Source: Elusimicrobiota bacterium (GTDB taxonomy: Bacteria; CG03; SLGR01; JAGXOG01). From it: a stretch of 17,217 nt of DNA. The notes under the pieces are model-generated. The model was given only the letters and a program-made list of their open reading frames with translations. It was not told the DNA's origin and made no database searches. Numbering within the stretch: the stretch's first letter is position 1; every line of letters begins with the position of its first letter. The position numbers and the translations under genes were made by a program. The stretch covers positions 1 through 17,217 of the forward strand of contig JBNJDT010000032.1 in NCBI GenBank assembly GCA_051745145.1, given 5' to 3'. Positions 8,447-16,939 of the stretch are shown piece by piece.

Positions 8447-8465
8447 TGTAAATAAAAGGATAAAA

Positions 8466-9737
8466 ATGAAAAAGATTATTTTAATTATTATTGTTATATG
8501 TTTTTTTTACGGGCAAGTTCCCGTTTCCGGCGAAACTTTGACCTGGAACGATGTACTTAAAAAGGCTCTGGATAAAAATCCCCGGATGGCCAATGCCCGG
8601 CTGTCCCTGCAAATTTCTGACATCGCCTACCGGAATTCCCTTACAAATTTTTACCCGGATATTTCCGGCAGCGCAGGGATGAGAAAGACAGATTCAAATG
8701 AACCTTCATACAGCTACGGTATAAATGCCAGCCTAAACTTGTTTGACGGTTTTAAAAATGTAACTGATACAAAGATAAAGAAAAGAGAACTTTCTATAGA
8801 AGAAGCCGTATACCGCAGGGAACTTTCTGATTTTATATATGATTTGAGATTGTCCTTTGCAAAAGTTTTAAGGGCCCGGGAAACCATTGATCTGCTGGAG
8901 GAGATTCAGAAGAGACGAAAGAACAATATGGAGCTGGTGAAACTCAGATATGATGCCGGTAGAGAGGACCGGGGAGCGTATTTGAGGTCGGAGGCCGATT
9001 ATCTTCAGTCTAAATTCGAAACCCGGGAGGCGAAAAGAGAATATGAGACGGTTAAAGCCGACCTTTTAAGAAATATGGGTAAAGAAGTTTATCAGACAGT
9101 AAAAGTTACCGGTACGTTTAATATATCCCAAGTAAAAACGGAGCCCGGTCAAAAATTGCTCCTGGAAAACCCCCGGTATGTCATAGCTGAATATGATAGG
9201 GAAATTTCCAAATATAATTTAAAAAGCAGATACGGCAATCTGTACCCCCGGCTTGGTTTAAGCGGTTCGCTCTCCCGCTCCGGTCAAGAATGGCCCATTG
9301 ATGAAGATTATTCTGCAAGTTTTAATCTTTCGCTTTCTCATTCTTTTTTAAACGGCGGAAAAGATATTTACGGAATAAAAACCGCTAAACTAAATAAAAA
9401 GATTTCAGATAATAGTTTTGAAGAGACCCGCCGGAAAATAATGCTCGATATGAAAGAAGCTTACGATACTCTTATTAATGCCAGGGAGCAGTACGAAGTC
9501 AGGAAAAAATATTTTTCGGTGAGCAGGGAACGCTCCGAAATAGCAAAAGAAAAGTATCTAAACGGACTTATCTCATACCAGGACTGGGACAGCATAGAGA
9601 ATGAATTTATAAACGCCCGGAAATCCCTTATAGAAACGGAGTATAGCGTTTTTACGGCCTGGGCCGGGTGGCTTAACGTGACGGGAAGAAGTTTAACGAC
9701 ACAGAAGACAGAACAGTTAATTCCGGAGGAACAATGA
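8466..9737 (+). CDS. TolC-family outer-membrane efflux protein
   Basis: Signal peptide, LTWNDVLKKALDKNP, repeated YP.(I/L)S.S beta segments, LNLFDGF, and the RYDAG and KYLNGL turns of the two OEP repeats. Confidence 0.92.
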   Translation: MKKIILIIIVICFFYGQVPVSGETLTWNDVLKKALDKNPRMANARLSLQISDIAYRNSLTNFYPDISGSAGMRKTDSNEPSYSYGINASLNLFDGFKNVTDTKIKKRELSIEEAVYRRELSDFIYDLRLSFAKVLRARETIDLLEEIQKRRKNNMELVKLRYDAGREDRGAYLRSEADYLQSKFETREAKREYETVKADLLRNMGKEVYQTVKVTGTFNISQVKTEPGQKLLLENPRYVIAEYDREISKYNLKSRYGNLYPRLGLSGSLSRSGQEWPIDEDYSASFNLSLSHSFLNGGKDIYGIKTAKLNKKISDNSFEETRRKIMLDMKEAYDTLINAREQYEVRKKYFSVSRERSEIAKEKYLNGLISYQDWDSIENEFINARKSLIETEYSVFTAWAGWLNVTGRSLTTQKTEQLIPEEQ

Positions 9738-10669
9738 AGAAGAAATTAATTATAATAATTACAGTTATTGCAGTAGCCGGGGGAATAATTTTTCTGGTAA
9801 CAGGTGATAAGGAAGAAAAAATAAACTACAAAGAAGTAAATCCCCGCAGAGGAGATATTTCGCTTACTGTTCAGACAAACGGTACGGTAAAACCCCGGAA
9901 CCGGCTGGAGGTAGAGCCACCCATTTCGGGAAGAATAGATGAGATTCTTGTAAGGGAGGGAAGTAGGGTAAAAAAAGGTGAAATTGTGGCCTGGATGAGT
10001 TCCACAGAACGGGCGGCCCTTCTGGATACCGCCCGGTCGAAGGGAGAGGAGGAACTTAAAAGGTGGGAGGATGTTTATAAACCCACCCCGGTTATTGCCC
10101 CTATAACCGGATTTATAATTAAACGGAACAAAGAACCCGGGCAGACCGTTACTTCCCAGGATCCCATTTTAGTGCTGGCTGATGATTTAATAATTAAGGC
10201 CCGGGTGGATGAGACGGATATGGGTAAACTGCAGAAAGGCCAGTCCGCTGTTATTACCATGGACGCCTATCCCGGGAAGAAAATACCCGGCACTATAGAA
10301 CATATAGCTTATGAGTCGGAAGTGGTAAATAATATTACTATATACCAGGTAGATATAAAACCCATGGAAGAGCTGGATATGCTCCGTTCGGGTATGTCCG
10401 CGGATATTGACATCCAGGTGCAAGAAAAGAAAGATGCTATGCTTTTGCCCATCTATGCAGTTAATATGGAAGAAGGAAAAACTACGGTGCGGGTAAAATC
10501 AAAAGAAGAGGACAGCCCGAAAGTTAAAAAAATAGAGACCGGAATAGATAACGGAGAGATGATCCAAGTAAAAAGCGGCCTGGGGGAAAACGATACAGTT
10601 TTGATAAGCGGTGATTACCGGGGGGACGACCGGTTCAGGGGCCGGGGCGGACTGCCCGGAATGAATTAA
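9734..10669 (+). CDS. Efflux periplasmic adaptor subunit (MacA/YknX-like membrane fusion protein)
   Basis: N-terminal membrane anchor, lipoyl-like halves (ISGRIDEILVREGSRVKKGEIV and IAPITGFI), VDETDMGKLQKGQ, LRSGMSA and IETGIDNG. ATGA overlap with tolC. Confidence 0.92.
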   Translation: MKKKLIIIITVIAVAGGIIFLVTGDKEEKINYKEVNPRRGDISLTVQTNGTVKPRNRLEVEPPISGRIDEILVREGSRVKKGEIVAWMSSTERAALLDTARSKGEEELKRWEDVYKPTPVIAPITGFIIKRNKEPGQTVTSQDPILVLADDLIIKARVDETDMGKLQKGQSAVITMDAYPGKKIPGTIEHIAYESEVVNNITIYQVDIKPMEELDMLRSGMSADIDIQVQEKKDAMLLPIYAVNMEEGKTTVRVKSKEEDSPKVKKIETGIDNGEMIQVKSGLGENDTVLISGDYRGDDRFRGRGGLPGMN

Positions 10670-10678
10670 AAATATTCA

Positions 10679-12631
10679 ATGATATCCATAAAAAATCTGT
10701 CAAGAACCTATCAGATGGGGGAAGTGAAAGTCCGGGCTCTTCGGGATATCAATTTAGAAGTAAAAGAAGGAGAGTTTGTAGCAATAACCGGGCCTTCGGG
10801 AAGCGGGAAATCCACTCTACTTCATATACTGGGACTTCTGGATAAACCGGATACCGGTTCTTATAAACTGGGCAAAACAGAAGTTTCAAAATTAAACCAG
10901 AAAAAATTAGCTGCTCTCAGAAACGAAGAGATTGGGTTTGTCTTTCAGACATTTAATCTTCTTCCTCGTCTAACGGCCAGAGAAAATGTGGAACTGCCCC
11001 TTATTTACACCCCCCATTTTAAAAATTCAACTTTTCACTCCCCGGATGATATATTAAAAAAGGTGGGACTGGATAAACGCAGCGGTCATACTCCTAACGA
11101 ACTTTCCGGGGGAGAAAAACAGAGAGTGGCTGTGGCCCGGGCCCTTCTGAAAAATCCCGGCCTTATACTTGCCGACGAACCTACCGGAAACCTGGACAGC
11201 GTTACCTCCGAAGAAATAATGGAATTGTTCAGAAAACTGCACAGGGAAGGCAAAACTATCGTTATGATTACCCATGAGGAAAAACAGGCCCGGGAGGCCA
11301 ACAGGGTGGTTAAATTGCTGGACGGTGAAATTATATCCGATGAAAGAATAACTCAGAGAAAAGAATCTAAAAATGTAGAAAAAACCAGTATAAAACCCGA
11401 GCAGCATAAACTGAATTTCTCCCAGGTAAAGAATTATTTTAAACAGGCCTTAAAATCCCTGGTAACTAATAAGACCAGGTCATTTCTTTCCATAATGGGG
11501 GTGTTAATCGGGGTGACTGCGGTTATCGCCATGCTGGCCCTGGGTACGGGGGCCAGGGAGGACATACAGGAGCGACTTTCCCACCTGGGAGCAAATGTAC
11601 TGAGGGTGGGCGTGGACAGAGACCGGCGACGGAGTATTACGTCGGGATCGGGATTTGCACTGCGACTGACAAAAGAAGACGGTGAGGCTATTGCTAAAAA
11701 CCCCATGATAGAGGGGGCCAGCCCCACAGTAGACGGCAATGTTCAGGTAGCCTATAAAGATAAAAATAAGAATACCCGGGTTGTGGGAGTTACTCCGGAA
11801 TACGAACATATCCAGTCCTATACTCCCGCGCTGGGTAGATTTTTTACGGAGAGAGAAACGATATCCCGGGAAAAGGTAGCTCTTCTGGGTAAGACCGTGG
11901 CCGATACCCTTTTTGAAGGAGAATTTTCTGTAGGAAAATCCATAAAAATAAACAGAATAAATTTTAAGGTAATAGGAGTATTGCCGGATAAGGGTTCCGG
12001 CGGATGGCGGGATCCCAACGACCAGATATTAATTCCCTTAAATACGGCTATGCACCGGTTGCTGGGAGAAGATTATGTTGGAGATATAGAAGTAAAAGTA
12101 AAGAATGAAGAAGATATTCCCATAGTCCAGACCGCCATTCATAATTTAATTGTCAGAAGACACAATGTACCCGAAGATAAAAGAGAACTCATTGAAATTA
12201 GGAACTATGCCGAGATACAGGATGCCGTATCCTCAACGGCGAATACTTTTTCCTGGCTTCTCGGATCAATTGCATTTATAAGTCTTCTGGTGGGGGGGAT
12301 CGGTATAATGAATATAATGCTGGTATCAGTTACCGAAAGAACCCGGGAGATAGGCATTCGCAAAGCCATCGGAGCAAACAGTAAAGATATTCTTTCACAG
12401 TTTTTAATAGAAACAGTAGTTATCTGCATTATCGGGGGAATAATGGGAGTTGCTTTCGGAACCGTTATAACAGTCGCGCTTTCAAAATTTGCGGGCTGGA
12501 GCACCAGGATATCCGGTTTTTCGGTAGCTCTGGCTTTGATTTTTTCGGCCCTGATAGGCATATTTTTCGGCCTGTGGCCGGCTAAAAAAGCCTCCCGTCT
12601 GAATCCCATCGACGCTTTAAGATACGAGTAA
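10679..12631 (+). CDS. macB: MacB-family fused ABC ATPase and permease
   Basis: Walker [10 protein letters not shown], signature LSGGEKQRV, Walker [12 protein letters not shown], and the permease motifs [32 protein letters not shown] and PIDALRYE. Confidence 0.93.
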   Translation: MISIKNLSRTYQMGEVKVRALRDINLEVKEGEFVAITGPSGSGKSTLLHILGLLDKPDTGSYKLGKTEVSKLNQKKLAALRNEEIGFVFQTFNLLPRLTARENVELPLIYTPHFKNSTFHSPDDILKKVGLDKRSGHTPNELSGGEKQRVAVARALLKNPGLILADEPTGNLDSVTSEEIMELFRKLHREGKTIVMITHEEKQAREANRVVKLLDGEIISDERITQRKESKNVEKTSIKPEQHKLNFSQVKNYFKQALKSLVTNKTRSFLSIMGVLIGVTAVIAMLALGTGAREDIQERLSHLGANVLRVGVDRDRRRSITSGSGFALRLTKEDGEAIAKNPMIEGASPTVDGNVQVAYKDKNKNTRVVGVTPEYEHIQSYTPALGRFFTERETISREKVALLGKTVADTLFEGEFSVGKSIKINRINFKVIGVLPDKGSGGWRDPNDQILIPLNTAMHRLLGEDYVGDIEVKVKNEEDIPIVQTAIHNLIVRRHNVPEDKRELIEIRNYAEIQDAVSSTANTFSWLLGSIAFISLLVGGIGIMNIMLVSVTERTREIGIRKAIGANSKDILSQFLIETVVICIIGGIMGVAFGTVITVALSKFAGWSTRISGFSVALALIFSALIGIFFGLWPAKKASRLNPIDALRYE

Positions 12632-12663
12632 AAACAAGATAAATTTGTGAATTCATATCCAGT

Positions 12664-12691
12664 TTGACTTTCCTAAAGATATTACTAATAT
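12664..12691 (+). promoter_or_regulatory. Putative sigma70 promoter of the TonB-dependent receptor/metal ABC operon
   Basis: TTGACT at 12664-12669, a 16-nt spacer, and TAATAT at 12686-12691. Confidence 0.55.
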
Positions 12692-12705
12692 AAAATATGT
12701 AACAC
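12679..12705. promoter_or_regulatory. Putative NikR-type operator overlapping the -10 element
   Basis: ATATTAC-N13-GTAACAC (imperfect inverted repeat, AT-only spacer). It also reads TATTA-N15-TAACA, matching the TRWYA-N15-TRWYA NikR pattern. Confidence 0.55.
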
Positions 12706-12753
12706 GATTACGCAATATTTATTGACTGCATATTTAAGAAAGGTTGGAAAACA

Positions 12754-14538
12754 GTGAAAAAAATAATTTTATGGACATTTATTATAATCGGTTTATTTTA
12801 CCCCGGAAGTACGGAGGCAAAAAATTTACCGGGTATTGACCTGGGGGTGATGGTGGTGACTCCCACCGGTTTTGAAGAATCTTCCGGTAACATGGCTTCT
12901 ACAGTGGATGTGGTAACCCGCCGGGATATAGAAAATACCGGGGCCACATCGGCTACCGATATTTTAGGTAATTTACCCGGGGTACATATCAATAAGACCG
13001 GAGATTTCGGCCGGGCGGATGTGGATATACGAGGACTGGGGGAGAGAGGGCGTAAAATTATGGTCCTTGAAGACGGCCGCCCGGTGAAGATGGGTTTGTA
13101 CGGTTGTACAATTAGCCATTCCCTGCCTTTGGATAATATAGAAAGGATTGAAGTTATAAAAGGACCATCTTCGGTACTTTACGGTTCCGACGCTTTAGGG
13201 GGAGTGGTCAATATAATTACCCGGAAACCCCAAAAATCGGGGATAAATACAAAGTTGGATCTCTCTTACGGCTCCTACGATACGGGTATTTATAAAATAG
13301 CCCAGAAAGGAAAAGTTGACAGTTTTGATTACGGAATCTCCGCCAGCAAGACTGGCTCGGACGGGTTTACCCAAAATTCAGAGTATGACGCCGAAAATTT
13401 TTCCGGACGGATAGGATATAATTTTAACGATAATATTTCTCTTTCTGTAAACGGTAAATATTTTAACGGTTTAAAAGAAGAACCTGAACCTGCCCCGGAG
13501 GATTCCCGGCAGGATTATGAAAGAGGATTTTTGTCTACAGATTTTAGCAGGAAGGGCGAAGAATTTGAATTTAAAGGCAAAATTTACCGGAATTTCGGGG
13601 AACACAAATTTTCCGACGGGTGGCACTCTAAGGATTTTACCGATGGTTTGATGATTAAAGGAATTACCGGGATGGGGGACAATAACGAATTGACGGGGGG
13701 CATAGAATACCGCCGCCAGGGCGGGGAAGTGGTTAAGGCCGGAAATTCCTATGATAAATATGAGTATGCGGTCTATCTTTTAGATGAACACAAATTGTCG
13801 AACAAGCTGGCCATCTCTTTAGGGGGAAGATACAATATCGATGAATTTGCGGGGGATGTTTTTACCGCTCAGGCCGGAGCGATCTACCGGATAACTAAAA
13901 ATATGATTTTACGGCTTAACCGCAGCGGAGGTTTCAGGAGCCCCCAGATAAACGAACTCTATCTTTTTCCGCCGTCCAATAAGGACCTGGAAGCTGAAAA
14001 AACTATAAACTATGAAGCGGGATTAAACAGAAGCTTCGGAAAATTTTTGAATCTGGATTTTTCAGTGTATAAAATTTTAGGCGAAAATATGATCCGGGAT
14101 ATTGATGGAAAATTTAAAAATACCGGAGATTTTGAGTTCAAGGGGGCCCAGGTGAATATGAAGGCCAGAATTACCGATTTTATGGATGCCGGACTTTCCT
14201 ATTCCTACCTTGATCCCGGTAAGTATACCACAGGGAAGCCGGGCAATAAGTTTGACGGATCGGTGAATCTGGGCTGGGATAATATATCTTTTCATATAGA
14301 CGGACAGCATATCTCGTCGTATTATGCAGAGGATAACTCCGGCGGCAAAATAGATGATTACTTTTTGGCAGATGTCAGATTAACTTATAAGCTGACGGGT
14401 AATGTCAAAACTTTTGCGGGAGTGGATAATATGTTGAATACGTCCTATAAAATTTACGCCGATCTCCCCGGCGGTTCGGCAGGGCTGTATCAGATGCCCG
14501 GCAGAAATTATAATTTTGGTCTAAGCTATGAATTTTAA
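12754..14538 (+). CDS. TonB-dependent outer-membrane receptor (BtuB/CirA-like size)
   Basis: Signal peptide, TonB-box-like MVVTPT, plug motifs (ILGNLPGV, IRGLG, IERIEVIKGPSSVLYGSDALGGVVNIITR), and a C-terminal GVDNMLN...PGRNYNFGLSYEF. GTG start with RBS AAGG upstream. Confidence 0.95.
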   Translation: MKKIILWTFIIIGLFYPGSTEAKNLPGIDLGVMVVTPTGFEESSGNMASTVDVVTRRDIENTGATSATDILGNLPGVHINKTGDFGRADVDIRGLGERGRKIMVLEDGRPVKMGLYGCTISHSLPLDNIERIEVIKGPSSVLYGSDALGGVVNIITRKPQKSGINTKLDLSYGSYDTGIYKIAQKGKVDSFDYGISASKTGSDGFTQNSEYDAENFSGRIGYNFNDNISLSVNGKYFNGLKEEPEPAPEDSRQDYERGFLSTDFSRKGEEFEFKGKIYRNFGEHKFSDGWHSKDFTDGLMIKGITGMGDNNELTGGIEYRRQGGEVVKAGNSYDKYEYAVYLLDEHKLSNKLAISLGGRYNIDEFAGDVFTAQAGAIYRITKNMILRLNRSGGFRSPQINELYLFPPSNKDLEAEKTINYEAGLNRSFGKFLNLDFSVYKILGENMIRDIDGKFKNTGDFEFKGAQVNMKARITDFMDAGLSYSYLDPGKYTTGKPGNKFDGSVNLGWDNISFHIDGQHISSYYAEDNSGGKIDDYFLADVRLTYKLTGNVKTFAGVDNMLNTSYKIYADLPGGSAGLYQMPGRNYNFGLSYEF

Positions 14539-15334
14539 TAAATTTTTTGTATATATAGTATCAGCTTTTTTATTACTTATCTCCCAGGGGTGCAGTGAGC
14601 CCTCTACGAAAAATTTAAAAGTGGCTGCCACGACTTCGCTGATAGGAAGCATGGCCCAGACCGTAGGGGAGGATAAAGTAGAAGTTATGATTGTGGTTCC
14701 CGGAGAAATGTGTCCGGGCCATTTCGATATTTCCCCCCGCCGGATAAAATCAATTAAGGATGCCCGGCTTTTATTAACCCACGGCTGGGAAAAATGGGTG
14801 GATGATTTAACCGGTTCCCGGGAACATCCGGTAAAAAAAGAGCTGGGAATAAAAGGCAATTTGATGGTACCTGAAAATCACATAAAAGCAGTTGAAAAAT
14901 TAACCGGTATTTTAAGCAGAACCGATAAAGAGAACAAAAGTTTTTATGAAAATAATTCTGATAGATACGTAGAAAAAATTCAAAAATTTAAGAAAGGAAT
15001 TGAATATTCATTTACTGACCCGGAATCTGTAAACGTAATTTGCTCAAAACTGCAGAAAGAATTTATCTCCAGCCTGGGATTCAATATAGTTGCCACATAC
15101 GACCGGCCGGAGAATATCAGTCCGAAAGAGTTAAGCCGGTTGACGGAAAAGCTTAAAGAGAGCAATGTACGGTTAATTATTGATAATTTACAGAGCGGTA
15201 CTGAAATAGGAAAACAGCTTTCCCGGGAGACGGAGGTAAGCAGGATTACGCTTTCTAATTTTCCTTTAAATAATTCCTATCTTTCCACCCTTGAGAGTAA
15301 TATTAAAAAATTAAGAAAAATTTTAGACGGATGA
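14528..15334 (+). CDS. Metal ABC transporter substrate-binding lipoprotein (ZnuA/TroA cluster A-I fold, atypical ligands)
   Basis: Lipobox LLISQG-C, KVAATTSLIGSMAQTVGEDKVEV, P..IKSIKDARLLL, DKENKSFYENN and ISPKEL. It lies in an operon with an ATPase and a permease. Confidence 0.85.
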   Translation: MNFNKFFVYIVSAFLLLISQGCSEPSTKNLKVAATTSLIGSMAQTVGEDKVEVMIVVPGEMCPGHFDISPRRIKSIKDARLLLTHGWEKWVDDLTGSREHPVKKELGIKGNLMVPENHIKAVEKLTGILSRTDKENKSFYENNSDRYVEKIQKFKKGIEYSFTDPESVNVICSKLQKEFISSLGFNIVATYDRPENISPKELSRLTEKLKESNVRLIIDNLQSGTEIGKQLSRETEVSRITLSNFPLNNSYLSTLESNIKKLRKILDG

Positions 15335-16122
15335 AAAATATTGTTGAGATAGACGGCGTTTCGGTATCCTACCGGGAGAGTCTGGCTTTAAAAGAGATAA
15401 GCCTGAATATAGAAAAGAATGATTTTTTGTCCGTAATAGGCCCCAACGGAGCGGGAAAGACAACCCTTTTGAGCGTAATAAACGGCCTGGGTAAAATTAC
15501 CGCCGGCAGGGTAAAGATATTCGGCAAAATTTTAGATAAAAAAACCGTAACAAATATAAGAAAAAAAGTGGGATATGTTCCCCAGATTTTAAATATAGAC
15601 CCCCGGATGCCGGTCTCCGTATTTGAAGCCGTATCCATAGGCAGATACGGAAGAAGGGGCCTTCTCCAAAATTTAAACCATAAAGACAGACAAGCTATCC
15701 ACCGGGCGTTTGAGATGACCGGGATCGAAGAATTTAAAGAAAGACCCGTCGGTCACTTATCCGGCGGGGAACTGCAAAAAGTATCCATTGCCCGGGCTCT
15801 GGCCCAGGAACCTGAGATAATACTTTTTGACGAACCGGTAAGCAACCTGGATTTAAAATCCCGGAGAGATATTATAAATATCATAGAAAAAATTTACCGG
15901 GACCGGGATTTAACTGTTGTCTTTGTCACCCACATTTTAAATCACATCCCCGATCCGTCTAAAAGGTCGGTGCTGGTAAAAGAGGGCAAAATAATCTGGC
16001 AGGGCAAAACGGAGGAAATCTACGATGAAGAATTGCTTTCCGGACTTTATGAATGTCCTGTGGAGATTATAAAAAACGGCGAAGAAATATTTGCAGAACC
16101 CAGGTTTGAAGACCATGCTTGA
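15331..16122 (+). CDS. Metal ABC transporter ATP-binding protein (ZnuC/MntA-like)
   Basis: Walker A GPNGAGKTT, VGYVPQ, LSGGELQKV, ILFDEPVSNLD and VFVTH. ATGA overlap with the binding-protein gene. Confidence 0.93.
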   Translation: MKNIVEIDGVSVSYRESLALKEISLNIEKNDFLSVIGPNGAGKTTLLSVINGLGKITAGRVKIFGKILDKKTVTNIRKKVGYVPQILNIDPRMPVSVFEAVSIGRYGRRGLLQNLNHKDRQAIHRAFEMTGIEEFKERPVGHLSGGELQKVSIARALAQEPEIILFDEPVSNLDLKSRRDIINIIEKIYRDRDLTVVFVTHILNHIPDPSKRSVLVKEGKIIWQGKTEEIYDEELLSGLYECPVEIIKNGEEIFAEPRFEDHA

Positions 16123-16939
16123 GATTTTAGGATACAGTTTTATGCAAAGGGCGGTGATGGCCTCTGTTTTGGGGGGAGCGGCCTGCGGTATAGTGGGAGT
16201 ATGGGTAATATTGCTGGGAATTCCCTTTGTGGGGGTGGCCATGTCCCACGCTGCGTTTGCAGGAGCGCTTTTAGGACTTCTTTTAAATGTTAACCCCCTT
16301 TTTGTAGCTTTACTCTTTGCTCTTTTTTCTGCCGGGCTTGTCGGTCCGGTTGCCGAAAGAGGGGATTTTGAACCCAACATATCGGTGGGGATAATATTCT
16401 CGCTGGTTCTGGGGCTGGCTTTTTTATTTATGGGATTGATAGAAGGACCCAAGACGGAAGCTTTTAAGTATATCTGGGGGAATATTCTTACTATTACAAC
16501 TCCGGATGTATACTTTCTGGGCATAACCACCGGAATAATAATATTAGTGCTGATTTTGTTTTACAAGGAAATACTGGCCGTGCTCTATAACAGGGAGATA
16601 GCCCGGGCCGCGGGTATACCCGAACGACCCATCTTTTACCTTTTACTTTTTCTTTGCGGTTTAACGGTTACCCTGAATTTAAATACTGTAGGAGGAATTC
16701 TTATTTTCAGTTTACTTATAAGTCCCCCCTCGGCGGCCTACCAGCTGACTTACGATTTAAAAATTATGTACCTGCTCTCCGGTTTATTCGGTATAATCTC
16801 CTGTCTTCTGGGACTTTACTTCTCATACCTTTTTAATGTTCCCGCCGGTGCTGTTATAATTGTAACTTCCAGCTTGATATTTATTGTCTGTATGGTATTA
16901 TCCCCCAAAAGGAAGGTTAAAAACCATGAAAGAGCATAG
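16115..16939 (+). CDS. Metal ABC transporter permease (ZnuB/ABC-3 family)
   Basis: FMQRAVMAS, AMSHAAFAG, YIWGNILTI, YNREIARAAGI and VGGILIFSLLISP, with multiple transmembrane helices. The start is placed at ATG 16115. Confidence 0.93.
   Translation: MLEILGYSFMQRAVMASVLGGAACGIVGVWVILLGIPFVGVAMSHAAFAGALLGLLLNVNPLFVALLFALFSAGLVGPVAERGDFEPNISVGIIFSLVLGLAFLFMGLIEGPKTEAFKYIWGNILTITTPDVYFLGITTGIIILVLILFYKEILAVLYNREIARAAGIPERPIFYLLLFLCGLTVTLNLNTVGGILIFSLLISPPSAAYQLTYDLKIMYLLSGLFGIISCLLGLYFSYLFNVPAGAVIIVTSSLIFIVCMVLSPKRKVKNHERA

Noticed and set aside
12632..12753. Cobalamin riboswitch upstream of a BtuB-sized receptor
   Set aside because: The intergenic region is only 122 nt, very AT-rich and largely taken up by a promoter. 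I see no B12-box or structured GC-rich stems.
16091..16114. TTG start at 16091 for the permease
   Set aside because: ATG 16115 gives a typical ABC-3 N-terminus (MLEILGYSFMQRA) and a short 8-nt overlap.
200..16836. The many short antisense or alternate-frame ORFs in the track (e.g. 563-886, 6458-6874, 12205-12609, 15937-16530)
   Set aside because: All lie within confidently assigned genes, show no recognisable motifs and look like shadow ORFs.
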